From an uncultured Bacilli bacterium (GTDB taxonomy: Bacteria > Bacillota_I > Bacilli_A > RF39 > UBA660): a DNA stretch of 64,000 nt. The notes below the pieces were generated by a model that worked only from the letters and a program-made list of their open reading frames with translations, did not search any database and was not told where the DNA came from. Where the stretch lies: contig CAKOND010000007.1 in NCBI GenBank assembly GCA_934096945.1, positions 3,063 through 67,062 of the forward strand, written 5' to 3'. The translations under genes were made by a program, and so were the position numbers. Shown one piece after another: positions 8,847 through 18,416 of the stretch. The first letter of the stretch is position 1, and each line of letters starts with the position of its first letter.

Positions 8847-10466
8847 ATGAAGAAAAATGCCATTTTAACCATACTTTTACTTTTAATAATAGCACTTCTT
8901 GTTGTGCTAGGACTTAAAATATATGAGAATTATAACCTTGAAGACGTTGAAAAAAACATTTATTCCTTCGAAGATTACCCTCTATATATTGAGGATTATA
9001 ACTTCATAAATAGTGAAATAAGTAATAATAAAATATATTTATTATATAAAAATAATGATGATTACTTGCTAAAAGAATTAGATACCTTAAGTAAAAAAGA
9101 AAATGTGTATAGTAAAAATATTAATATGACATGTAATTTAAAAAATGATTATGATAATCCGTATATAGTTTGCAAAGATAAAAGTAAAATAAGTGTATAT
9201 AATAAAAATTTAGAATTACAAGAAGAAAGAAAGCTGATCACAGAAAATGATTATGCTGTAAAATCAAGTATTTATGAAAATAATTTTAATGAATATCCTG
9301 AAGTAGTAAATAGCATTTGTAATTTAAAATGTTTACTTATAAGAAAAGACATTATAACAAATAAAATAAATTTATATAAAGAAAATATTTTAAAAGAAGA
9401 AAATATAAAAAACTACGATATTTTTGAAAATGGAGTACTTTCATATAACGATGATAAAATAAAAATCTATAACGTAAATAATGATTTCAAAGAATTTAAA
9501 AGCCCATTAGAAAATCTAACAAGTAAAATAGTGCATTTAAGTAAAAATGAATACAATTTATATGTCTTAGAAAACAAAGAAATAGATGTTTATAATCTTT
9601 ACGAAAAAAGCAAAACCGCTAGAATAGATATATATAAGATTAAAGAAAAGGTTAAAAGAATTAAAGTATATGATAATAAACTCTATGTCTTTACAGACAA
9701 AAATTTTTACATCTATGATGTTTTTGATATTGAAGAAAATTTAAATAAAGAAAATTTATTTGAAAACGACTATATAGGTAATAAAGTTACTGAAATAAAA
9801 GAAAAATATAGCATAAATGTAAATTTAAAAGAAAGTATTAATATCATGCATAAAGATTACAACATAACTGAAGTTAACAACTATAATGACATTATAAATG
9901 CTTTAAGTTATCTTGAAGATTATCTTCTTATTTTTAATAAAGACTTTTTCAAAAGATTTTATGAGTATGACATGAATGGATTAAACATATATTTTGCCTA
10001 TGATATAACCGGCGGAGAACTTGAAACAAGTACAACTGATGTAGTGGGTTTATCTTTTGTTAAAGGCAATGAATATGTAATAATAATCAAGCTAAATTCC
10101 AAAGCTAATTTGCTTACCATATTAACACATGAAACAATGCATATTATCGATTTATATTTAGAACTTAGGGATTTTTCATATAATTGGAATGATTTAAATC
10201 CCGAATATTTTACATATCAAAATGTTTATTACCCAAATGTAGTATACAAAGATGTTTTAGAAACCGGTAAATTTAAAGAAGAAATATATTTTATAGATAA
10301 TTATGCCAGAACTAATGAAAAAGAAGATAGAGCACGTCTTTTTGAAAAAATCTGTGCATGTAAAAACTATGAAGATTATCCAAATTTAAATAACAAAATG
10401 AATTATCTGAAAAAAGTATTAACAGTAATTTTTCCTGAAATAAGTTATATAAAAGCTTTCGAATAA
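8847..10466 (+). CDS. Membrane-anchored hypothetical protein with a C-terminal HExxH (putative zinc metallopeptidase-like) region
   Basis: N-terminal TM segment (ILTILLLLIIALLVVLGL). THETMHIID motif near the C-terminus. Otherwise N/K/Y-rich with no recognisable domain. Confidence 0.55.
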   Translation: MKKNAILTILLLLIIALLVVLGLKIYENYNLEDVEKNIYSFEDYPLYIEDYNFINSEISNNKIYLLYKNNDDYLLKELDTLSKKENVYSKNINMTCNLKNDYDNPYIVCKDKSKISVYNKNLELQEERKLITENDYAVKSSIYENNFNEYPEVVNSICNLKCLLIRKDIITNKINLYKENILKEENIKNYDIFENGVLSYNDDKIKIYNVNNDFKEFKSPLENLTSKIVHLSKNEYNLYVLENKEIDVYNLYEKSKTARIDIYKIKEKVKRIKVYDNKLYVFTDKNFYIYDVFDIEENLNKENLFENDYIGNKVTEIKEKYSINVNLKESINIMHKDYNITEVNNYNDIINALSYLEDYLLIFNKDFFKRFYEYDMNGLNIYFAYDITGGELETSTTDVVGLSFVKGNEYVIIIKLNSKANLLTILTHETMHIIDLYLELRDFSYNWNDLNPEYFTYQNVYYPNVVYKDVLETGKFKEEIYFIDNYARTNEKEDRARLFEKICACKNYEDYPNLNNKMNYLKKVLTVIFPEISYIKAFE

Positions 10467-10494
10467 AATTTTTTCATAAATTAACAAATTTTAC

Positions 10495-10523
10495 TTGACT
10501 TTGATATAGACTATGTATATATT
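10495..10523 (+). promoter_or_regulatory. Sigma-A-type promoter upstream of mazE
   Basis: TTGACT, 17 nt, TATATT, located 20 nt before the mazE start. Confidence 0.5.
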
Positions 10524-10542
10524 AGAGATGGAGGGATAAGTT

Positions 10543-10785
10543 ATGGCATATAAAGTACAAAAATGGGGAAATTCTAATGGAATAAGAATACCCAAAGTTT
10601 ATTTAGAGGCTTTGAATTTAAAATCAGGAGATGCAGTAAACATTACTAGAGAGGGGGAACAAATCATTGTTACTAAAGCTCTTAGAAAGCCAGAAACACT
10701 AAAATCAAGAATTAAAAAATACAAAGGTCCTGAAAAAGTTGAAGACTTTGCCTGGGACGAAGCGAGAGGAAAAGAGTTATGGTAA
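10543..10785 (+). CDS. mazE: AbrB/MazE/SpoVT-family antitoxin
   Basis: The N-terminus KVQKWGNSNGIRIPK is the swapped-hairpin AbrB/MazE signature. 80 aa, overlapping the toxin gene by 7 nt. Confidence 0.85.
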   Translation: MAYKVQKWGNSNGIRIPKVYLEALNLKSGDAVNITREGEQIIVTKALRKPETLKSRIKKYKGPEKVEDFAWDEARGKELW

Positions 10786-11117
10786 AATATATTCCACAAG
10801 AAAGAGATATCGTATATATTAATTTAAACCCTATAAAAGGGCATGAACAAAAAGGAGAAAGACCAGCTTTAGTAATAAGTAGCAGATTATTTAATCAGTT
10901 TACTAATATGGCAATAGTTTGTCCAATTACAACCAATACTAAAGCCTTTCCAACTCATTATGAGCTTGCTGGGTTAAAAAAAATAAAGGGGGCAGTTTTG
11001 TGTGAGCACATTAGAAGCATTGATTATGCTGAGCGCAACATTGAGTTTATTGAGCGTATTAGTGATGAAGAATTTAATAACATATTAGAATTAATAAAAA
11101 GTTTTTTTGAAAATTAA
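10779..11117 (+). CDS. mazF: PemK/MazF-family endoribonuclease toxin
   Basis: 112 aa. Typical MazF/PemK strings: YIPQERDIVYINLNPIKGHEQKGERPALVIS and AIVCPITT. Confidence 0.85.
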   Translation: MVKYIPQERDIVYINLNPIKGHEQKGERPALVISSRLFNQFTNMAIVCPITTNTKAFPTHYELAGLKKIKGAVLCEHIRSIDYAERNIEFIERISDEEFNNILELIKSFFEN

Positions 11118-11132
11118 GAAGGAGAATTATTT

Positions 11133-12551
11133 ATGAAAGTAAGAACGCGTTATGCACCAAGTCCAACTGGATATATGCACATAGGAAATTTAAGAACAGC
11201 TATATTTGAATATTTACTAGCTAAAAAATATAATGGAGATTTTATATTAAGAATTGAAGATACAGACCAAGAACGTGAGGTTGAAGGCGCAGTAGATTTT
11301 ATCTACAATACTTTAGACATTTGTGGTTTTAAAATAGATGAAGGCCCAAATAATGAAAAAGGCTATGGTCCATACATTCAAAGTAAAAGAAAAGATATTT
11401 ATAAAGAATACGCCTTAAAACTAATAGAAATGGGTAAAGCCTATTATTGTTTTTGTTCTGAAGAAGAACTTGCTGCCATGAGAAAACATGCTGATGAAAG
11501 ACATAAACCATTTTTATATGATGGCAGATGTTCAAGATTAAGCAAAGAAAAAATTGAAGAAAATTTAAAAAATGGGGTACCTTTTGTAATTAGACAAAAA
11601 ATGCCTAAAACTGGTGAAACTATAGTTGAAGACGTAATCTATGGTAAAATTAAGATTGATAATAGTATTTTAGATGACCAAATACTTCTTAAAAGCGATG
11701 GATTCCCAACATATAATTTTGCTAATGTAATTGATGATCATTTAATGGAAATAACCCATGTTATACGTGGTAAAGAATATTTAGACCAAACAGCAAAATA
11801 TAATTTACTTTATGAAGCATATGGCTGGGAAAAACCAACGTACATTCATGTTGCTATGGTTTTAGGTGAAGATGGCAATAAATTATCTAAACGTAATGGT
11901 GATGCATCATTCATGGATCTTTACAATGTGGGATATTTACCTAATGCTGTAGTAAATTATCTAGCATTACTTGGATGGAGTCCAGAAACTAACAAGGAAG
12001 TCTTTACAATGGATGAACTAATTGCTAACTTTAATGAAAACAGAATAAGTAGATCATCTAGTCAATATGATGTTAAAAAACTAAAATGGTTTAATCATCA
12101 ATATATTAATAATCTAAGTGATGAAGAATATTTAACTTGGATTAAAAAATATTTTACAAATAATGTTGAAGGAAAAAGTAAAGAATGGGTTAATAGATTA
12201 CTACTTATTTACAAAAATCACATTGATTACGGAGCTGAAATTAATGAAGTAACATCATCATTCTTTACAAATGAATTTGTGGTAAATGAAGATGCAGCAG
12301 AATTTATGAAAAGTGATGAAGTAATACCTCATGTTGTTGAAGTTTTCAAAGAAGAAATTGAAAATACAAGCACTTGGACAGTAGAAACTCTATCAAACGT
12401 TATAAATAATGTTAAAGAAAAAGCTGGAGTAAAGGGAAAAATGCTATACATGCCAATAAGAATTGCTGCAAGTGGTATTATGCATGGACCAGAACTAGCA
12501 GATACTTTATATCTAATTGGTAAGGAAGAAATTCTAAATAGATTAAAATAA
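11133..12551 (+). CDS. gltX: Glutamate--tRNA ligase
   Basis: Class I HIGH (HIGNLRTA) and KMSKS-like (KLSKR) motifs, with the typical RFAPSPTG-like N-terminus (RYAPSPTGYMHIG). Confidence 0.95.
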   Translation: MKVRTRYAPSPTGYMHIGNLRTAIFEYLLAKKYNGDFILRIEDTDQEREVEGAVDFIYNTLDICGFKIDEGPNNEKGYGPYIQSKRKDIYKEYALKLIEMGKAYYCFCSEEELAAMRKHADERHKPFLYDGRCSRLSKEKIEENLKNGVPFVIRQKMPKTGETIVEDVIYGKIKIDNSILDDQILLKSDGFPTYNFANVIDDHLMEITHVIRGKEYLDQTAKYNLLYEAYGWEKPTYIHVAMVLGEDGNKLSKRNGDASFMDLYNVGYLPNAVVNYLALLGWSPETNKEVFTMDELIANFNENRISRSSSQYDVKKLKWFNHQYINNLSDEEYLTWIKKYFTNNVEGKSKEWVNRLLLIYKNHIDYGAEINEVTSSFFTNEFVVNEDAAEFMKSDEVIPHVVEVFKEEIENTSTWTVETLSNVINNVKEKAGVKGKMLYMPIRIAASGIMHGPELADTLYLIGKEEILNRLK

Positions 12552-12577
12552 ACATAAATAAATAAAAAGGAGGAAAA

Positions 12578-13966
12578 ATGAAAATATATAATACTCTGAC
12601 AAGAAAAATTGAAAAATTTGTTCCGTGGCAAGAAGGAAAGGTTGCATTTTATACTTGTGGCCCAACTGTATATCACTACGCTCACATAGGTAATATGAGA
12701 AACTATATTGGACATGATATTTTGGACAAAACTTTAAGATACCTAGGATTTGATGTAAAAAGAGTAATGAATATTACTGATGTAGGTCATTTAACAAGCG
12801 ATTCAGATTCAGGTGATGATAAAATGGTAAGTAGTGCTAAAAAAGAGCATAAAACAGTAATGGACATTGCTAGATTTTATACTGATGCATTCTTTAAAGA
12901 TTTTGAAGACTTGAATAATAGAGTACCAGATGTTGTAGCACCTGCAACAGCAAATATAAATGAATATATAAAGATAATTGAAAATTTACTAGTAAAAGGA
13001 TATGCATATAAAAGCGGGGGTAACATCTATTTTGACACATCGAAATTAGACGATTACTATAAACTTACAAATCATAAAGCAGATGAAATGGTTGTAGGAG
13101 TCCGTGAAGGTGTAGAAGAAGACTCTTCCAAAAAAAATCAAAACGACTTTGTATTATGGTTTACCAAATCCAAATTTGATGAACAAGATTTAAAATGGGA
13201 AAGCCCATGGGGACTTGGTTATCCAGGATGGCACATTGAATGTACCGGAATAAGTATTAAATATTTAGGTGAATACCTTGACATCCATGGTGGTGGAGTA
13301 GACAATATTTTTCCTCACCATACTAACGAAATTGCTCAAAGTGAAAGTTACCTAGGGCACAAATGGTGTAACTATTGGTTCCACAATGAACATTTAAATG
13401 ATGAAACTGGGAAAATGAGTAAAAGTCATGGAGCAATTCTAACAGTGCAAGTATTAAAAGAAAAAGGCTATGATCCTCTTAGTTTTAGATACATGTGTCT
13501 TTTAAGTCACTATCGTCGTCAATTAACTTTTTCATATAATTCATTAGATGGAGCAGAAAATGCTTATAAAAAACTTCGTAGTAAAACATCTACTTTAAAA
13601 TATGATAATAATATTAATGAAGAGAATTATAAAAGTTGGAAAAGCAAATTTATTTCTTGTCTTGAAGATGATTTAAATACAGCAAATGCCATAACCGTGC
13701 TTCATGATTTATTAAAAAGTGATGTAAACGAAGGTACAAAATACAAATTAGTAAGTGAATTTGATAGTGTATTAAGTCTAGATTTACTAAAACAAGAAGT
13801 AAAGAGAATTGATAACGAAGAAGAAATCATTAAGAAAATAAATGAACGAAACGAAGCTAAAAAAAATAAAAATTATGAACTTGCAGATAGTATCAGAGCA
13901 GAATTATTTGCCAAAGGAATTATCCTAAAAGATACTCGTGAAGGCACGACCTATGAGGCTATATAA
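12578..13966 (+). CDS. cysS: Cysteine--tRNA ligase
   Basis: HIGNMRNY (HIGH), KMSKS, and GWHIEC zinc-site context. Confidence 0.95.
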   Translation: MKIYNTLTRKIEKFVPWQEGKVAFYTCGPTVYHYAHIGNMRNYIGHDILDKTLRYLGFDVKRVMNITDVGHLTSDSDSGDDKMVSSAKKEHKTVMDIARFYTDAFFKDFEDLNNRVPDVVAPATANINEYIKIIENLLVKGYAYKSGGNIYFDTSKLDDYYKLTNHKADEMVVGVREGVEEDSSKKNQNDFVLWFTKSKFDEQDLKWESPWGLGYPGWHIECTGISIKYLGEYLDIHGGGVDNIFPHHTNEIAQSESYLGHKWCNYWFHNEHLNDETGKMSKSHGAILTVQVLKEKGYDPLSFRYMCLLSHYRRQLTFSYNSLDGAENAYKKLRSKTSTLKYDNNINEENYKSWKSKFISCLEDDLNTANAITVLHDLLKSDVNEGTKYKLVSEFDSVLSLDLLKQEVKRIDNEEEIIKKINERNEAKKNKNYELADSIRAELFAKGIILKDTREGTTYEAI

Positions 13967-15135
13967 TGAAAAAAATTAGTATTTTTCTTCTAAGCCTCTT
14001 TTTCTTTATCATACCAGTGTATGCTGAAGATTTTTCTATTACCGGAGAAAATATTATTTTATATAATCTAAATGATGATCATGTTTTATATAGTAAAAAT
14101 GCTGATGAAACCGTTGAAATAGCCAGTTTAACAAAATTGATGACGGCATTAGTAACTATTGAAAATGTAAGCGATTTAAATAAAGTCGTAACAATAACTG
14201 AAAAAGATTTTGAAGGTACAAATGGTTATTCAAAAGCAGGTTTTAAAGTCGGGGATAAAGTAACTTACATAGATTTACTTTATGGTATTATACTTCCAAG
14301 CGGAGCAGAAGCCGTTAATGCTGCGGTAAATAATACATTAGGTTATGATGATTTTATAGCTAAGATGAATGAAACAGCCAAAAAAATAGGTTTAAATAAT
14401 ACCAAATTTTCTAATCCAATAGGTAAAGATGATAAAAATAATTATTCAACAGCAAGTGACGTAGCTAAACTTTTAAAATATGCTTTAAAAAATAAAACTT
14501 TTAAAAAAATATTTACAACTAAAACGTATGAAACATCAACTAAAATGACATTAAAAAGCACAGTAAGTAGTTACGATGATATTTTAGAAACAAACAAAAT
14601 TACCGGAGCTAAAAGTGGATTTACTAAAGAGGCAGGTCGTTGCCTTGCATCAATTACCACACTTCATGATGTAAACTATTTACTTGTAGTTATAAAATCA
14701 AGTACAGAATATCCGTATAATGCAGTCAAAGACTCCATAAATATATACAAATTTTATGATGAAAATTATAGTTATCAAAATGTTTTAAATAATGAAACCT
14801 TCATAAAAGAAATACCTGTTAGATTAAGCGGTAATAAATTTTATAAAATAACAGGAGCAGAAAACATAAATATATATTTAAAAAATGATACCAAAATAAA
14901 TTATGTTTATGAAGGCGTAAATGAAATAGATTATAAAACAAAGAAAAATACTAAGTTAGGTAGCATAAAAATATATGAAGGCAAAAATCTGCTTACAACA
15001 AGTGATGTTTATTTGGAAAATGATATAGATTATTATCCTGTAGAAATATCTTTACTATCATTAATAGTAATTATTATTTTAATAATAAAACTACTGAAAA
15101 AGAAAAAAGCAAATAGGAGGAAAAGAAAAAAATGA
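13966..15135 (+). CDS. D-alanyl-D-alanine carboxypeptidase (PBP5-type serine peptidase) with a C-terminal membrane anchor
   Basis: Signal peptide, SxxK (SLTKLMT), KSG (KSGFTKEAG), and a C-terminal TM segment plus basic tail. The start overlaps the cysS stop (ATAATG). Confidence 0.85.
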   Translation: MKKISIFLLSLFFFIIPVYAEDFSITGENIILYNLNDDHVLYSKNADETVEIASLTKLMTALVTIENVSDLNKVVTITEKDFEGTNGYSKAGFKVGDKVTYIDLLYGIILPSGAEAVNAAVNNTLGYDDFIAKMNETAKKIGLNNTKFSNPIGKDDKNNYSTASDVAKLLKYALKNKTFKKIFTTKTYETSTKMTLKSTVSSYDDILETNKITGAKSGFTKEAGRCLASITTLHDVNYLLVVIKSSTEYPYNAVKDSINIYKFYDENYSYQNVLNNETFIKEIPVRLSGNKFYKITGAENINIYLKNDTKINYVYEGVNEIDYKTKKNTKLGSIKIYEGKNLLTTSDVYLENDIDYYPVEISLLSLIVIIILIIKLLKKKKANRRKRKK

Positions 15136-15833
15136 CCAAGATAAATCATATCGCTATAATTGTTGATGGCAATGGTAGATGGGCTAAAGAAAAAGGTAAA
15201 AAAAGAAGTGAAGGGCATAAAGCTGGAGCAGAAACCTTGGAAAAAATAATTCTTTATATAAATAAAAAAAACATTGCTAATTATTTAAGTTTATACGTTT
15301 TTTCCACAGAAAACTTTAGTCGAAGTAGTGAAGAAGTCAATTATTTAATGGATCTTTTTATGAAATGGTTCAAAAAATGTAAAGAAAAATATCAAAATGC
15401 CAATATAAAGGTTTTATTTTCTTCTCAAAAAGCACTTTTAAAGCCTGAAATAGTTAAAGCCATAAATGAACTTGAAAATGCCACTAAAGATAATACTGGC
15501 TTAGTTGTTAACTTTTGCCTAAGTTATGGTGGAAGACAAGAAATAGTAGATGCCACCAGAAAAATAACAACAGATGTTTTAGAAAATAAACTTAACATTG
15601 ATAATTTAAATGAAGAAATATTTAAAAAATATTTATATAATGAGTTACCTGATATAGATTTTTTAATACGTACAAGCGGTGAAAATCGTGTTAGTAACTT
15701 TATGCTATGGCAAATATCTTATGCTGAAATGTATTTTCCAAAAGTTTATTTTCCAGATTTTACACCAGAATGCCTTGACGAAGCAATTAAAGAATATGAA
15801 AAAAGGGATCGAAGATTTGGAAATATAAAATAA
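15132..15833 (+). CDS. uppS: Isoprenyl transferase (undecaprenyl diphosphate synthase)
   Basis: HIAIIVDGNGRWAKE, FSTENFSRS and RTSGENRVSNFMLWQ motifs. ATGA overlap with the preceding gene. Confidence 0.95.
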   Translation: MTKINHIAIIVDGNGRWAKEKGKKRSEGHKAGAETLEKIILYINKKNIANYLSLYVFSTENFSRSSEEVNYLMDLFMKWFKKCKEKYQNANIKVLFSSQKALLKPEIVKAINELENATKDNTGLVVNFCLSYGGRQEIVDATRKITTDVLENKLNIDNLNEEIFKKYLYNELPDIDFLIRTSGENRVSNFMLWQISYAEMYFPKVYFPDFTPECLDEAIKEYEKRDRRFGNIK

Positions 15834-15836
15834 TTA

Positions 15837-15862
15837 AGTAGAGTATAAGCTCTACTTTTTGA
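15837..15862 (+). terminator. Intrinsic terminator after uppS
   Basis: GTAGAG / CTCTAC stem followed by TTTTT. Confidence 0.6.
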
Positions 15863-15964
15863 TTATTACTGAAAATAACATATTATAATAATAAGTGTAA
15901 AAAAGTTTCATTAGGTATTAAAAAAATTACAAAGAAGCTATAATGTATTTCAGAAGAACAAATT

Positions 15965-16078
15965 ATGATTAAAAAATTTACCGTTAAAAACTTTAAAAAT
16001 TTTAAAAAAAATTATCTTTAGACTTTTCTAAAGTTAGAGATTATGAATTAAATGAACATCTACCAAATTAAAAAAGAA
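15965..16078 (+). pseudogene. N-terminal remnant of an AAA-type (AAA_15/ABC-like) ATPase, frameshifted in an A-run
   Basis: MIKKFTVKNFKNFKK, then (+1 frame) LSLDFSKVRDYELNEHL. This is the typical head of such ATPases, and no ATPase body follows. Confidence 0.4.
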
Positions 16079-16157
16079 TAACATTAGTCCAAAAGATTTA
16101 TGCTACATTATTATGCATAAATATGTAAAAGCAAAAATTTTAGAAATATTAGATAAT

Positions 16158-16196
16158 TAAAAACTATTAACACAAAATCGTTAATAGTTTTATTTT
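16158..16196. terminator. Hairpin usable as a bidirectional terminator
   Basis: AAAACTATTAAC / GTTAATAGTTTT 12-bp stem with T-tracts on both strands, immediately 3' of the minus-strand gene. Confidence 0.55.
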
Positions 16197-16930
16197 TATC
16201 CTAAGAAATTAACTGCTAAGTAAATACCAAATGTAACTGCAGATGCTATAATAAGAATAATACTTGTGTAACCTGCCATTCCTAATTTATCTTCCTTTTT
16301 AAGCTCTTCTAAATAAGCTGCATTCTTAGCAAATTCGCTATATATACTAGAATTTAAATTACGTGTAAGGCTCATTCCTTTATCTAAGTTTTGATTTTTG
16401 TTTTGATTTTGATTCATGCTATCCATTTCAGCATCATAAGCATTTACAATCATTTGATAAACATTATAATTATTGGAATTTGCAAGTTTTTTAGCTTCCT
16501 CAACAATACTTTTAGCAGCCATAAGATCGTTAATAAAAGATTTAACACTATCATTTTGAAAATAATTATCAAAAAATTGAATATTTCTGGCATAAATATT
16601 TAATTTATCAATATATTGACTAACATAACTTTTTATAGTTTCTTCTTCATCTTCAGTTATAATAAATTGTGATAAATAATTTTCAATCTGTGCATTTTTG
16701 TTTTGTGATGTGTAAAAACCATCTTTAAAATATATATAAATATCTTCAGGATTCATATTGAAAAATACTGGATCTATTCTACTCAAGCCATAACCATTTA
16801 ATTTGACAAAATTACCTTCATAAACCAAAGCATCATTTCTTTCATCATAAGAAAATTCCGCTAAATTTGGGTATGTATTTTGATAATTTTTTAAAATCAT
16901 TTCATTATAATTGATAACACGTTCGCTCAT
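16196..16930 (-). CDS. Tail-anchored hypothetical membrane protein
   Basis: 244 aa from the ATG at 16930 (AGGAG 11 nt upstream). Single C-terminal TM segment (YTSIILIIASAVTFGIYLAV). No recognisable domain. Confidence 0.6.
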   Translation of the reverse strand: MSERVINYNEMILKNYQNTYPNLAEFSYDERNDALVYEGNFVKLNGYGLSRIDPVFFNMNPEDIYIYFKDGFYTSQNKNAQIENYLSQFIITEDEEETIKSYVSQYIDKLNIYARNIQFFDNYFQNDSVKSFINDLMAAKSIVEEAKKLANSNNYNVYQMIVNAYDAEMDSMNQNQNKNQNLDKGMSLTRNLNSSIYSEFAKNAAYLEELKKEDKLGMAGYTSIILIIASAVTFGIYLAVNFLG

Positions 16931-17146
16931 TCTTATCACTACTCCTATTTTCTAGTATTAAGTTTATCAAATATTAAGAAAAATTACAATATCTAAATTT
17001 AAAGAATTTTTAAAGTTTAGCTTAAAAACCATAAAATTTAGTCAAAATATAACCAAATTTTAATAAAACATAAACTAATTTGTTAAATTTTATGTTTTGA
17101 AATGCTGTTAAAAAATGATAAAGTGAACCTGAAAGGAGGAAAATTT

Positions 17147-17524
17147 ATGAATCAAGTAATTTTAGTTGGAAGACTATCACAAGACCCCGAATATGAAATT
17201 TCAGAAAATGGTAAAAAAAGAACAATTATAAATATAGCGGTATCACGTGGATTCAAAAATTCGGAAGGAAAATACGAAACTGACTTTATTAGATGTGTTC
17301 TTTGGAATGGCATGGCATCTGCCACAAAAGATTATTGTCATACCGGAGACACTATTGGTATAAAAGGACGTCTTCAAAATCGAAAGTTTGTTAATGAACA
17401 AAATGAAACTAAATATATTACTGAAGTAATTGCTGAGAGAATATCTTTCATTTCATCATCAAGCAAAAATCGTGAAATCCCAGAAGTATCTAATGGTGAT
17501 GACGCTATAGTGGAATGTTTCTAA
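17147..17524 (+). CDS. ssb: Single-stranded DNA-binding protein paralogue
   Basis: OB-fold SSB N-terminus (MNQVILVGRLSQDPE...TDFIRCVLWNGMA). RBS AAAGGAGG 7 nt upstream. Not located in an rpsF-ssb-rpsR context. Confidence 0.85.
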   Translation: MNQVILVGRLSQDPEYEISENGKKRTIINIAVSRGFKNSEGKYETDFIRCVLWNGMASATKDYCHTGDTIGIKGRLQNRKFVNEQNETKYITEVIAERISFISSSSKNREIPEVSNGDDAIVECF

Positions 17525-17569
17525 CATCTTCTTCTTTCAAAGGCATATACTTAATTAAGGTGATTTTAA

Positions 17570-18346
17570 ATGAAACATTTTCGAAATATTGGTATTTTAG
17601 CTATCGCCGCTTTTAGCTTTATTTACACAGAAAAAATAGCAAATTTGACCCTCGAAAATAGCGAAATATATCAAAAAATAAAAAATGAAGAACAAAACTA
17701 TAACGTTTCTTTTGTAAATGCTGAAATAAATGATCAGTATATAACACCAGGTTTAAACGGCAAAGTAGTAAATATTAAAAATAGTTTTTATAACATGAAA
17801 GATTTAAATGCATTTAATTCTTATTATTTAATTTTTGACACATCATATCCAGAAGTAACGCTTGAAAACAACAAAGATAAAATAGTAAATAAAGGAAATC
17901 GTTTCAAAAAAAGTGTATCTTTTATAATTGAATATAATAAAGAAATAATTGATTACTTCAAAGAAAATGATTTAGAAGCTAGCATTTTAGTAAATGTTAA
18001 TACTTTTAATAAAAATGAAAAATTGGAACAAATTAATAATGAGGTAGAAAAGTATAAAGAACTTGAATCTTTAATTAACAAATATAGTAATAATACACAT
18101 ATTTGTTATGTAACAAGTAAAAATGAGGATATATGCCGCAAAAATCAAAAGTTTTTAGTAAAAACGGATAAAATACTAAATAATAAAACTTTTATAACTC
18201 TAAAAAATACGATAGAACCTGGGGATATATATTACATAGAAAAAGGTGCAGATGTTAAAAATATTAAAATTTTAATTAATAGTATTATTTATAAGGATTT
18301 AGACATCATATCTTTAAGCAAAGTGCTTAGTGAAGAAAGAGATTGA
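17570..18346 (+). CDS. Signal-anchored hypothetical protein (possibly a degenerate polysaccharide-deacetylase-like fold)
   Basis: N-terminal anchor. The overall layout is reminiscent of NodB-type sporulation deacetylases, but no TFDDG-type motif was seen. Confidence 0.35.
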   Translation: MKHFRNIGILAIAAFSFIYTEKIANLTLENSEIYQKIKNEEQNYNVSFVNAEINDQYITPGLNGKVVNIKNSFYNMKDLNAFNSYYLIFDTSYPEVTLENNKDKIVNKGNRFKKSVSFIIEYNKEIIDYFKENDLEASILVNVNTFNKNEKLEQINNEVEKYKELESLINKYSNNTHICYVTSKNEDICRKNQKFLVKTDKILNNKTFITLKNTIEPGDIYYIEKGADVKNIKILINSIIYKDLDIISLSKVLSEERD

Positions 18347-18416
18347 TTTAATTTAAGTTTTTTGGTATAATTTATTTACCGAAGAACTTATTTTTTTTAA
18401 ATGAAGGTGATAAAAT

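Noticed and set aside
11118-12577. T-box leaders upstream of gltX, cysS and lysS
   Set aside because: The upstream gaps are 15 nt, 26 nt and 67 nt. The lysS gap is mostly occupied by the preceding gene's terminator. These are too short for a T-box, and no T-box sequence was seen.
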